Source of the DNA: a virus
Taxonomy: Duplodnaviria > Caudoviricetes
Reading direction: 5' to 3' (one strand)
DNA: 64,000 nt
IMG/VR virus record: IMGVR_UViG_2937884906_000001
Coordinates: 1-64,000 of that record
Part shown: positions 6,674-15,446 of the stretch, one piece after another
Layout: each line of letters opens with the position of its first letter
Numbering within the stretch: the first letter of the stretch is position 1
Translations under genes and position numbers: made by a program
The notes under the pieces: model-generated
What the model saw: the letters and a program-made list of their open reading frames with translations, nothing else
Database searches by the model: none
What the model was told of the DNA's origin: nothing

Positions 6674-9384
6674 CGATCAAGACCGTGCTGGTCGACGCTC
6701 GCAACGTCGACCAGTTGATCCCGCACATCGTCAGCCAGGTGAAGGCCACCCCCTTCAACGGTCTGGACTGCGAAACCCAGGACGATGCGCGCCACGACGG
6801 CCTGAACCAGTTCATGAGCGTCGACCCGGTCAGCCGGAAGAAGTCCAAGGCGAAGAAGCTGGTCTTCGACATGCGCCGGACGGTGATGACCGGCTTCTCG
6901 GTCTACCCGGAGAATTCGGACACTGCCTACTATCTCAACCTGGCGCACGCCGACGTCGAGAACCGCGTCCCGTGGGACGCCGCCAAGGCCGTGCTCGACG
7001 CCAAGGCCGGCGATGCTTACTGGATCGCTCACAACGCGCCCTACGAGCTCAGCGCGTTCAAGTCCTGCTTCGGCTACGACCTGCCGGAGATCATCTGCAC
7101 CTTGCAGATGGCGGTGTCGGCTTATGGCCCCGACGAATACGATCCCAACAATTTCCGCTATGCCGGCCGCGGTGCGTTCGCCCCGCTGATCACTCAGATG
7201 ATGCAGCTCTGCTCGCAGGGCGGCTTCGACCCCGAGAAGGGAGAGTTCACCGACAGCCGGCTGGCCGAGATCGTCTATTCGATCATCGGCAAGCAATCGA
7301 AGGCGGCGCATAGCTACAACGGCTACGTCAACGACCTTGCCTACGGCTACGGCCTGAAAAAGGCGGTCAAGTCGTGGTTCGGCTACAACATGACCACGTT
7401 CGACGAAGTCCTCGGCGACAAGGCCCACATGGGCCAGTTGACGGGTGATGAGGTCGCCGCCTATGGCGCCGACGACGCCTACTGGGCTCTGCGTCTCTTC
7501 CGCCGCCTGCTCCAGTACATGGTCGACACCAACCGTGGCGTCACGCAGACGTTCTTCGAGCAGGAGAACCCGATGATCCACCTCTTTGCGCAGATGCGCG
7601 AGGTGGGCATGAAGGTCAACTTTGACAACATCCTGGCCCGCCGCGCCGAGGAGCGCGAGAACACCGCCGAGGTGCTCCGCAAGACCAAGTCCAGCGTCAA
7701 GGAGCTCCTGCCGTTCCCCGAGGAGAAACACCCCGGTCTCGAGAAACGCGACAGCTGGTATCAGAAGAGCGCCGACAAATACCGCAAGCAGATCGAGGAC
7801 TGGTGCAAGCTGCCTGATTGGCCGGATGCCTACAAGCAGTGCATCCAGGTTCGTGGTGCGGTGTCGAACGCTTGGGCCAACGAGAACGGCGACCCCGAGC
7901 CCAAGGGCGTCAACCTCTCGCATTACATGCCCATGCGGACGATCTTCTATGACCTGACGGGCACGAAGGTCATCGTCAACCAGAACAAGACCCAGTCGGA
8001 CGCTGAGGCGCGCGGCAAGCTGATCGACCGGTTCAAGGAGGACGGCCACGAGACGGCCAAGAACCTCCTCGTGTCGATGGGCGAGCTCGCCAGCATCGAA
8101 CAGCGCATGAAGCTGTACCTGACGCCCTACAGCCAGCTCACCGACCCGGAGACCGGCCGGATGTACCCGACCGTCACCTCCATGCTGGCGTCTCGGCGCA
8201 TGGCCTGTGAAGATCCGAACGCCATGCAGCTCGCCAAGCGTGGTGAGAGCACCTACGTCCGTGGCTTCTTCGAAGGCGACGACGACGAGCACCTTGTTCT
8301 CTCGCGCGACTGGTCGGCTATCGAGCTGGTCATCATCGGCGAGCTCAGCGAGGATCCGACGTTCATCGACGCTTATTGCCAGATCCCGCACAAGGATCTG
8401 CACACCGGCTCGGCGACGGCGGTGCTGGCGGCCGACTGCGAAGGCCTGACGGAGACGACCTTCAAGGCGCTTTCCAAATACGACAACGTCGAAACCTTCC
8501 TGGAGGAGTTTGGCGCCAAGTTTAACAACCACGATCGGCTCTTCACCAACCTGAAGGGCGAGCCGCTCCAGCCGGACAAGGCCTACAAATACTGGCGTAC
8601 CGAGGCTGGCAAGAACTCGAACTTCAACTACTGGTTCTCGGGCTGGCTGGCGACCATCGGCGAGCGGATGGGCTGGTCGCAGGAAAAGACCAAGATGGCG
8701 ACCGAAATGTATCGGGATCGCTTCTCGGTCGCCGAGCAGTGGCGCACTGGCCTGATCGAAGAGATCGCCCGTGAGGGTGTTGTCTACCTGCCTGACGGTC
8801 ACCGTCGCGTCCGTTACGAGGCCACCAACCAGTGGCTCATCTCGTTCAAGCAGAAGTTCGACATGGGCAACGGCGCCGAGATGGCGACCTACAACGCGCT
8901 CGTCCACTGGATCGCCAAGAAGATCCAGAAACGGGCGTTCAACCAGGGTGTCAACTCGGTCGTCCAGGGCACATGCGCCACGATCGCCAAACGTACGGCG
9001 ATCAGAGTCATGGCTCGGATGAAGGAGATGGGCTGGGACTTCCGCATCATGCGGCTCATGGTCCCGATCCACGACGAACTCGTGTTCTCGATCCACCACA
9101 AGCATGTGCTCGACGGCATCCAGATGCTCGGCGAGTGCATGAACAACCACCCGGACATCTTCAAGGCCTGCAAGCTCGACAGCTCGCCGGCACTGGGGGT
9201 CACCTTCGAGCCCTACGACCCGAAGAAGGCGCCGGCTGGCCAGATCGAGCTCTACGAGGCGCCCAAGCTCCCCGGCGTTCTGCCCGAGGACACCGCGGGC
9301 CAGCGCCTCGGCGACGACCACGTCCTGTCGGTCGTCGACTACCTGATGTTCCAGAAACGCAAGCTCATCAAGGAAGCAGCATGA
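6670..9384 (+). CDS. family A DNA polymerase with 3'-5' exonuclease
   Basis: ExoI DCE, AHNAPYE, YGADD; motif A DWSAIE, atypical motif B R..AGKNSNF, motif C IHDE. Confidence 0.93.
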   Translation: MTIKTVLVDARNVDQLIPHIVSQVKATPFNGLDCETQDDARHDGLNQFMSVDPVSRKKSKAKKLVFDMRRTVMTGFSVYPENSDTAYYLNLAHADVENRVPWDAAKAVLDAKAGDAYWIAHNAPYELSAFKSCFGYDLPEIICTLQMAVSAYGPDEYDPNNFRYAGRGAFAPLITQMMQLCSQGGFDPEKGEFTDSRLAEIVYSIIGKQSKAAHSYNGYVNDLAYGYGLKKAVKSWFGYNMTTFDEVLGDKAHMGQLTGDEVAAYGADDAYWALRLFRRLLQYMVDTNRGVTQTFFEQENPMIHLFAQMREVGMKVNFDNILARRAEERENTAEVLRKTKSSVKELLPFPEEKHPGLEKRDSWYQKSADKYRKQIEDWCKLPDWPDAYKQCIQVRGAVSNAWANENGDPEPKGVNLSHYMPMRTIFYDLTGTKVIVNQNKTQSDAEARGKLIDRFKEDGHETAKNLLVSMGELASIEQRMKLYLTPYSQLTDPETGRMYPTVTSMLASRRMACEDPNAMQLAKRGESTYVRGFFEGDDDEHLVLSRDWSAIELVIIGELSEDPTFIDAYCQIPHKDLHTGSATAVLAADCEGLTETTFKALSKYDNVETFLEEFGAKFNNHDRLFTNLKGEPLQPDKAYKYWRTEAGKNSNFNYWFSGWLATIGERMGWSQEKTKMATEMYRDRFSVAEQWRTGLIEEIAREGVVYLPDGHRRVRYEATNQWLISFKQKFDMGNGAEMATYNALVHWIAKKIQKRAFNQGVNSVVQGTCATIAKRTAIRVMARMKEMGWDFRIMRLMVPIHDELVFSIHHKHVLDGIQMLGECMNNHPDIFKACKLDSSPALGVTFEPYDPKKAPAGQIELYEAPKLPGVLPEDTAGQRLGDDHVLSVVDYLMFQKRKLIKEAA

Positions 9385-9851
9385 CATTTGAGGAGGAACT
9401 GGTGGGGCTGCGGCCCCACCTCTTCCGGCAGGCAATGAAACTCGCCCGCACGATCGATGGGGCCGAGGATCTTCTGCAGGATACCATGGTGAGAGCTCTC
9501 ACCAACCGGACCCAGTTCCGGCCAGGGACAAACCTCGCGGCGTGGACATTCACCATCCTGCGAAACCAGTTCATCAGCAGTAAGCGCCGTGATGGACGCA
9601 TCCTGGACGACCCGGACGACCATCACACCATGGCAATGGCCATGGACGCTCCACAGGAACCCCGGGAGGACTTTCGGGACTTCTTGGACGCCTTCATCAC
9701 CCTCCCACTGAAGATGCAACAAGCCCTCTACCTGGTGGGGCTGCTGGGTCACGAATACGGCGAGGCCGCAGAGATGCTCGACCTGCCCGAAGGGACCATC
9801 AAGAGCCGGGTCAGTCGAGCAAGAACGAAACTGGAGAAAGCACTGACATGA
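9381..9851 (+). CDS. ECF sigma factor, EcfG/SigT (ECF15)-like
   Basis: AEDLLQDT...F.PGTNLAAWTFTILRN.F (region 2), Y.EAAEML..PEGTIKSRVSRAR (region 4.2); ATG at 9381, 156 aa. Confidence 0.9.
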   Translation: MTFEEELVGLRPHLFRQAMKLARTIDGAEDLLQDTMVRALTNRTQFRPGTNLAAWTFTILRNQFISSKRRDGRILDDPDDHHTMAMAMDAPQEPREDFRDFLDAFITLPLKMQQALYLVGLLGHEYGEAAEMLDLPEGTIKSRVSRARTKLEKALT

Positions 9852-10021
9852 AACTGCAGCTGATCGCCCGTCACATCCGTGACGACCAAGACAACATTCT
9901 CGAGTTGGACGACGACGTCGTCGCCCTGCTCGAACGTATGAAACTGGAGATCGAGGAGAACAAGTCCGAAGGCTCCAACTGGCGCTTCGCCATTACACCA
10001 ACGAAGGAGGCTTACCAGTGA
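9848..10021 (+). CDS. small acidic hypothetical protein (57 aa; below ORF-track cutoff)
   Basis: ATGA/GTGA-coupled on both sides; MKLQLIARHIRDDQD...KEAYQ. Confidence 0.65.
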   Translation: MKLQLIARHIRDDQDNILELDDDVVALLERMKLEIEENKSEGSNWRFAITPTKEAYQ

Positions 10022-10314
10022 GCATCATCACCGCCAGGGCTAAACTCTTGGCGATTGCCGACCGCGCCCCAATCGAGCTTGGCGTCGAGATCATCGAAAT
10101 CATCGAGAACGAGATGTTTCGGGCCTCGCCCATCCGGAAAGCCCGTCGCACCTCGTCGGCCCTAACAGAGGGATTGCGCCGGCGGATCAAGCGCTACGCC
10201 CACGAGAACCCCGACGCGACGTTCCACGAGATCGCCACACACCACAACGTGTCGATCGGCCGCGTCTCCGAAACCCTTAACGACGTCTACCGCAACCGAA
10301 GGACTGCTCAGTGA
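10018..10314 (+). CDS. HTH DNA-binding protein
   Basis: C-terminal NPDATFHEIATHHNVSIGRVSETL helix-turn-helix. Confidence 0.75.
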   Translation: MSIITARAKLLAIADRAPIELGVEIIEIIENEMFRASPIRKARRTSSALTEGLRRRIKRYAHENPDATFHEIATHHNVSIGRVSETLNDVYRNRRTAQ

Positions 10315-11381
10315 TCTCATCCAACCCCATTTACAAGCTCGACACCCAGGGCCGCCTCCGCAGCTGGCGATACGAAGTCGACCGCAACAGCTGGCGCTCG
10401 ATCTCCGGCCTCGTGGACGGCGCCCAGACGCCCACCGACTGGACTGTCTGTTACGCAAAGAGCCAGGAGACCAACGAGGGCCAGGCTCGGTTCGAGGCCG
10501 AGGCCGAGGAACGCAAGAAGCTGGAGCGCCAATATCACCGGACGCCGGAGGCCTGCGCCACGCCGAATTTCTTCGAGCCGATGCTCGCCAAGGGCTACAA
10601 GGCCGGAAAGACCAAGTTCCCGATCGCCAGTCAGCCGAAGCTGGACGGCATCCGTTGCATCGCCCGGGCCGAGGGCTTGTTCTCCCGCCAGGGCAAGCCG
10701 ATCGTCTCCTGCCCGCATATCGAGGAGGAGCTGGCGCCGTTCTTCGCCGCCGACCCCGACCTGATACTGGACGGCGAGCTCTACAACCACGACCTGAAGG
10801 CCGACTTCGAGCAGATCGTCTCGCTGGTCCGCAAGCAGGAGCCGAACCCGGCGACCGCTGGTGTGGTCCAGTATCACGTCTATGACATCCCCTCGTTCGA
10901 CGGCACATTCTTCCAGCGCGCGCCGGTCTACAACGCCATGCTGCAGGGCTGCACCCACCTGTTCCCGGTCGAGACCCGCATCGCCTTCAACCAGGCGATG
11001 TTCGACAAGGACTACGAGGAGTTCCTCGGCGAGGGCTGGGAAGGCCAGATGGGGCGCGTGGACGGTGAATACGAGATCGGCAAGCGCTCGGCCCACCTCC
11101 TGAAGCGTAAGGAGTTCCAGGACGCCGAGTTCAAGATCGTCGAGGTCGTCGAAGGCCAGGGCAACTGGTCGGGCTACGCTAAGCGCCTCACGGTCGAGCT
11201 GCCGGACGGACGCACCTTCGGCGCCGGCATCGCCGGCACGCAGAACTTCTGCCGCCAGCTGCTGGAGGAGGCTGATGTCTGGGTTGGCCGCCAGGCGACG
11301 ATCAAGTTCTTCACCCCGACCGGCGATGGCATCCCGCGGTTCCCGGTCGCCATCAAATTCCATGAAGGAGCTCGTCTCTAA
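10311..11381 (+). CDS. ATP-dependent DNA ligase
   Basis: KLDGIR adenylation motif, LDGELY, EGQMGR, LLKRKEFQDAEF, OB-fold end RFPV. Confidence 0.93.
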   Translation: MISSNPIYKLDTQGRLRSWRYEVDRNSWRSISGLVDGAQTPTDWTVCYAKSQETNEGQARFEAEAEERKKLERQYHRTPEACATPNFFEPMLAKGYKAGKTKFPIASQPKLDGIRCIARAEGLFSRQGKPIVSCPHIEEELAPFFAADPDLILDGELYNHDLKADFEQIVSLVRKQEPNPATAGVVQYHVYDIPSFDGTFFQRAPVYNAMLQGCTHLFPVETRIAFNQAMFDKDYEEFLGEGWEGQMGRVDGEYEIGKRSAHLLKRKEFQDAEFKIVEVVEGQGNWSGYAKRLTVELPDGRTFGAGIAGTQNFCRQLLEEADVWVGRQATIKFFTPTGDGIPRFPVAIKFHEGARL

Positions 11382-11596
11382 TGGATACGATTAGCGTAGA
11401 GCAGCGGGAGGCCATGCGTCAGGCCTTCCGCGAGGAAAACCGCCGCTCATTCGAGCTGGAGCAAGTTCACTTGGCCGGTCGCCTCGAACGACAGGAGATC
11501 CAGCAGTTCTCCAAGGCCGCCACGAGCGGCCAAGGAAACCGCGCGCAGCGCCGCCGGATGCAGGCCGAGCTCAAGAAGATGATGAGGAAACGCTGA
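11381..11596 (+). CDS. hypothetical basic protein
   Basis: 71 aa, NRAQRRR C-terminal basic helix; coupled starts. Confidence 0.6.
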   Translation: MDTISVEQREAMRQAFREENRRSFELEQVHLAGRLERQEIQQFSKAATSGQGNRAQRRRMQAELKKMMRKR

Positions 11597-11886
11597 TGGG
11601 CTTCCCAGCACCTTTCGTCGGCTCCAAGCCGATCGCCGCCCCTCCAGGCCGGGACGATATCCTCCCCGGCCACTTCTTCACGAACGGGCGCTTCGTTGTA
11701 AGTGCTTGGCAGCTGACGCCCGAAGAGGTGGCCGTAATCAACCACAATGGCGGCAAGATCTTTGTCGCTGTGGGGACGGGTCGAGATTTCTATCCGACGC
11801 TCGTCGGTTCATCGGAGACGCTCAGGATGATGCTGCTCGACTATGGCGGCACCTTCCCGAGCCAGCCGCTGGAGGTGATCGCCTGA
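11596..11886 (+). CDS. hypothetical protein
   Basis: 96 aa; S.W.LTPEE...N.GG.I pattern; coupled. Confidence 0.65.
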   Translation: MGFPAPFVGSKPIAAPPGRDDILPGHFFTNGRFVVSAWQLTPEEVAVINHNGGKIFVAVGTGRDFYPTLVGSSETLRMMLLDYGGTFPSQPLEVIA

Positions 11887-12161
11887 TGTTCGACAACCTC
11901 ATCCTGAAACGCAAGCTCAGGAACTCGCTGATCATCTGCTTCCGGTGCGACGGGTGCATGGGAACCGACCACAATTTTCAATGGATCGGTACCGTCGTCG
12001 GGTTCGAGAAGACCAGGTTTGCCGGCGAGGCCGCCCAGGTCCGGATCATCAAACGCGACACACATGGCGACTGGCGAGACGGGAGCCAGGGCTTCGAGCT
12101 CGTCACCCTCGGCGAGAAGCCTCAGAAGCTCGCCCCCGCCCTCTACGCCGTCTATCGATAA
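11886..12161 (+). CDS. hypothetical protein
   Basis: ATG at 11886 in TGATG overlap. Confidence 0.6.
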   Translation: MFDNLILKRKLRNSLIICFRCDGCMGTDHNFQWIGTVVGFEKTRFAGEAAQVRIIKRDTHGDWRDGSQGFELVTLGEKPQKLAPALYAVYR

Positions 12162-12169
12162 GGAAAGAC

Positions 12170-12964
12170 ATGCAACAATACCACCACCTTCTCCGCAACG
12201 TCCTCACCAACGGCGTCGACCGCGGCGACCGCACTGGCACCGGCACGCGTTCGGTGTTCGGCTATCAAATGCGCTTCGACCTCGCCGCCGGCTTCCCCGT
12301 CCTGACGACGAAGAAGCTTCACCTCAAGTCGATCATCCACGAGCTGCTCTGGTTCCTGGCCGGCGACACCAACGTCAAATATCTCAACGACCATGGCGTC
12401 ACGATCTGGAACGAGTGGGCCGACAAAAATGGTGAACTCGGCCCGGTCTACGGCAAGCAATGGCGCTCATGGCCAGACCCGGCCGGCGGCCAGATCGACC
12501 AGATCCGGAACGTCGTCACTGATCTCATCGGGAACCCCAACGGGCGCCGGCATATTGTGACTGCCTGGAACCCAGCCGAGGTCGACGACATGGCCTTGCC
12601 ACCGTGTCACTGCCTGTTCCAGTTCTATGTCTCTGAAGGCCGGCTGTCCTGCCAGCTCTACCAGCGCTCGGCCGACATCTTCCTGGGCGTGCCGTTCAAC
12701 ATCGCGTCCTACGCCCTGCTGACGATGATGGTCGCCCAGGTGACCGGTTTGCAGCCTGGGGAGTTCATCCACACGTTGGGTGATGCCCACATCTACCTGA
12801 ACCACTTCCCGCAGGTTCATGAACAGCTCCGGCGCACGCCGAAGCCGTTGCCGACGATGTGGATCAACCCGGACGTCCAGGATATCTTCGCCTTTCGGTT
12901 CGAGGATTTCCGGCTGGACAACTACGTGGCCGACGCTAGCATCGCCGCGCCAATAGCGATTTAG
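12170..12964 (+). CDS. thyA: thymidylate synthase
   Basis: 264 aa; [51 protein letters not shown]. Confidence 0.98.
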   Translation: MQQYHHLLRNVLTNGVDRGDRTGTGTRSVFGYQMRFDLAAGFPVLTTKKLHLKSIIHELLWFLAGDTNVKYLNDHGVTIWNEWADKNGELGPVYGKQWRSWPDPAGGQIDQIRNVVTDLIGNPNGRRHIVTAWNPAEVDDMALPPCHCLFQFYVSEGRLSCQLYQRSADIFLGVPFNIASYALLTMMVAQVTGLQPGEFIHTLGDAHIYLNHFPQVHEQLRRTPKPLPTMWINPDVQDIFAFRFEDFRLDNYVADASIAAPIAI

Positions 12965-12978
12965 CAAGGAGTCTGGGC

Positions 12979-13182
12979 ATGGCAGAATTTAAGGTCGGCA
13001 CCATTGTTCGCGTCCGCGGGGTCCGAGGACCGGACATGGTGATCGAGGAATTGCCAACCCTGGCAGTGGATAGCGGGGGTGTGGCAACATGTCTTTGGTT
13101 TGCCGAGGGCAAAGCGCAAACACGCAATTTTCGGATTAAACTTTTGGACATCGTGGAGAAGGTCGATCCAAAGGCCGTTTGA
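12979..13182 (+). CDS. YodC/DUF2158-like protein
   Basis: FKVG..V.....GP.M........C.WF pattern. Confidence 0.7.
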   Translation: MAEFKVGTIVRVRGVRGPDMVIEELPTLAVDSGGVATCLWFAEGKAQTRNFRIKLLDIVEKVDPKAV

Positions 13183-13215
13183 TGACAGCAGCCACTGCTG
13201 CGCGGGGAAACTAAT

Positions 13216-13230
13216 CTTCCCCTATAGTAC
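13216..13230 (+). promoter_or_regulatory. conserved phage motif copy (CTTCCCCTATAGTAC)
   Basis: Intergenic, before resolvase gene. Confidence 0.6.
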
Positions 13231-13282
13231 CAACAAGATCTAGCATTCTCGACAACATCAGGGGCGCCCATATGCGCCCCTG

Positions 13283-13705
13283 ATGGCTAAGAACACTGGA
13301 AAATCCTCCGAACAAGAATTTGAGCGTATCTGGAACAAGCTCGGCAAACGAGCCTGGGTCTGGAGAGTGGTCGACGCGGCTGAAGTCCGCGGTCGAACCG
13401 GCGTGATCGGGTTCACCCGATCGGCCCCGAGCGACTATGTTGTCGCCCACAACGGCGTCCATTTCGCCGAGGTGAAGTCCACCCAGGACGACACCGCGTT
13501 TCGCTTCTCTCTGCTCCGGAAAATCCCCTCTGCGATGGCCACCATGATCCTGGCGGCTCACGGCGATTACCTCGTCTACATCCACAGGATCCCCACCGAC
13601 GAATGGTTCTGCATCCCCTACTCGATGATCCGGGACCATTCGGCACGCTCCCTGACCTGGAAAGAACTCGAAAGGCACAAATGGAAACTCGCAATCTTGA
13701 CGTGA
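13283..13705 (+). CDS. Holliday junction resolvase-like PD-(D/E)XK nuclease
   Basis: N-terminal E..FE, PSDY, FAEVKST. Confidence 0.75.
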   Translation: MAKNTGKSSEQEFERIWNKLGKRAWVWRVVDAAEVRGRTGVIGFTRSAPSDYVVAHNGVHFAEVKSTQDDTAFRFSLLRKIPSAMATMILAAHGDYLVYIHRIPTDEWFCIPYSMIRDHSARSLTWKELERHKWKLAILT

Positions 13706-14253
13706 TGGTCGACATCGAAACGACCGGCACACATCCCGAGCACAACGCGATCATTCAGATCGCCGCGGTGCGCTTCAACGCCGTGACCATGACGGTCGAC
13801 GCTTCTGACATGTTCGATCGCGCGCTGATCGTCGCCCCCGGCCGCTTCTGGGAGGAGTCGACCCGCGCCTTCTGGCAGGGCAAGAACCTCAAGGTCTATC
13901 AGCAGATCTGCGCCCGCATGGAGGATCCCTTCCTCGTGCTCAAGGCCTTCCAGGAGTGGGCCAACAAGGGCCGTGCGCCATCGGATGCGCCGCTGCGCTT
14001 TTGGGGCAAGCCGACGAGCTTCGACTACTCGTTCATCCAGTCCTACTTCCGGCAGTTCAACCTCCACCTGCCGTTCCACTACCGCTACGCCCGCGACATG
14101 AACAGCTACATCGCCGGCCTGCGCGGGAACCCCGATCACCCGGAGATCAACGTGCCGTTCAACGGCGACGTCCACAACGCGCTGCACGACGTCCTCCACC
14201 AGATCAAGACGATCTTCGTCGCCCGCGAGGAACTGAGAAAGGAAGCCGCCTAA
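13681..14253 (+). CDS. DEDDh 3'-5' exonuclease
   Basis: VMVDIET, FDYSFI, RD, HNALHD. Confidence 0.88.
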   Translation: METRNLDVMVDIETTGTHPEHNAIIQIAAVRFNAVTMTVDASDMFDRALIVAPGRFWEESTRAFWQGKNLKVYQQICARMEDPFLVLKAFQEWANKGRAPSDAPLRFWGKPTSFDYSFIQSYFRQFNLHLPFHYRYARDMNSYIAGLRGNPDHPEINVPFNGDVHNALHDVLHQIKTIFVAREELRKEAA

Positions 14254-14254
14254 A

Positions 14255-15226
14255 ATGAACCGCATAACCGAGATTGAAATCGGCGCCGCCAGCGTCGGCA
14301 TTCTCGGAGACCCGCACCTCGGACGAGCCTTCGTCCGGGGTGTTTCGCTTGAAAAGCGTGGTCTCCGCGAGAAGATGGTCATGGAGGATTTCCGGCAGCG
14401 CCTGAAGGGGTCGGGCAAGTACGACGTCTTCATCTGCATGGGCGACCTCTTCGACAAGTGGGCCGTGCCCTACAGCGTCGTGTTCCAGGCTGCATGGGCC
14501 TATCTGGCCGCCGCCAGGACGAACCCGAACACGGAATACTTCGTCATCGCCGGCAACCACGACATCTCCAGAGACCTGGAGAAGAAGGGCGCGCTGGATC
14601 TGTTCGAGCTGATCGTCGGCCACCTGCCGAATGTCCACGTCATTCGCCACACCGGTGATGGCTACGTCACCAAGATCGGCGGCGACCGGGTCGGGTTCTT
14701 TCCTTTCCACCCTACCCTCCCAGCGAGCGAGCTCGTCACCGACAAGATCGACGTCGCTTTCGGCCACTGGGACACGCTGTTCGGCGAGGACAACATGATC
14801 CCGACAAAGAGGCTGGCCGAGGTCGGCTGCAAGACCGCCTACACCGGCCACGTCCACCTGCCGGACGAGTTCGAGCGAGACGGCGTCAAGGTCGTCCAGA
14901 TCGGCTCGATGCAGCCCTACGCCCACGGCGAGGACAACGGCGAGATCTACGTCACCCTCCCCCTCGACGAGCTGGGCGGCAAAGACCTCCGCGACAAGTG
15001 CGTTCGCGTCCTGCTCGCCCCCGGCGAGAGACTCGACGTGGAGGTGGACTGCCTGCAGCTCACCTTTCAGCGCGCCGGCACCAACGCCGAAGAAGCCGAG
15101 GAGGTCGTCATGGGCGACTTCAACCTGATGGGGCTGTTCAGCCAGGCGTTCGAGGAGGCCGGCGTGCCGGACGAAGTCCGCTCGCAAATCCTGACCCGAT
15201 ACGAGGAGAGCCGAGTTGCCGAATAG
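14255..15226 (+). CDS. SbcD/Mre11-like metallophosphoesterase nuclease
   Basis: GDPH, GDLFD, GNHD, GHW, GHVH motifs; upstream of SMC-like ATPase. Confidence 0.88.
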   Translation: MNRITEIEIGAASVGILGDPHLGRAFVRGVSLEKRGLREKMVMEDFRQRLKGSGKYDVFICMGDLFDKWAVPYSVVFQAAWAYLAAARTNPNTEYFVIAGNHDISRDLEKKGALDLFELIVGHLPNVHVIRHTGDGYVTKIGGDRVGFFPFHPTLPASELVTDKIDVAFGHWDTLFGEDNMIPTKRLAEVGCKTAYTGHVHLPDEFERDGVKVVQIGSMQPYAHGEDNGEIYVTLPLDELGGKDLRDKCVRVLLAPGERLDVEVDCLQLTFQRAGTNAEEAEEVVMGDFNLMGLFSQAFEEAGVPDEVRSQILTRYEESRVAE

Positions 15227-15446
15227 CCTCCAGATCACCAGGGCGATGGACGAGTGGCTCTCCACGGAGGGCCTCCATCCTGCCGAGGTGGGCATGATCG
15301 AGGAGATGAAGCGCGCCGGCGCGTTCGGACATGCCCCTCTCCTGCTCGCGGCGAGGACCTTCGCCGAGACCATGCCCGACATCGTCATCAGCGCCGTGAA
15401 CAAGGCGCGATCCCAAGGAAAATGCAAGGAGTGGCCTAGTGCTTAA
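15216..15446 (+). CDS. hypothetical protein
   Basis: TTG start after GAGGAG; fills the gap between SbcD- and SbcC-like genes. Confidence 0.55.
   Translation: MPNSLQITRAMDEWLSTEGLHPAEVGMIEEMKRAGAFGHAPLLLAARTFAETMPDIVISAVNKARSQGKCKEWPSA

Noticed and set aside
6634-9435. Very long antisense ORFs (933 aa here; also 2816-4489, 10317-11363, 19879-21501, 29794-31041, 32135-33565 and others)
   Set aside because: They mirror real genes codon for codon. Strong GC3 bias suppresses stops on the opposite strand, and they have no motifs or RBS.
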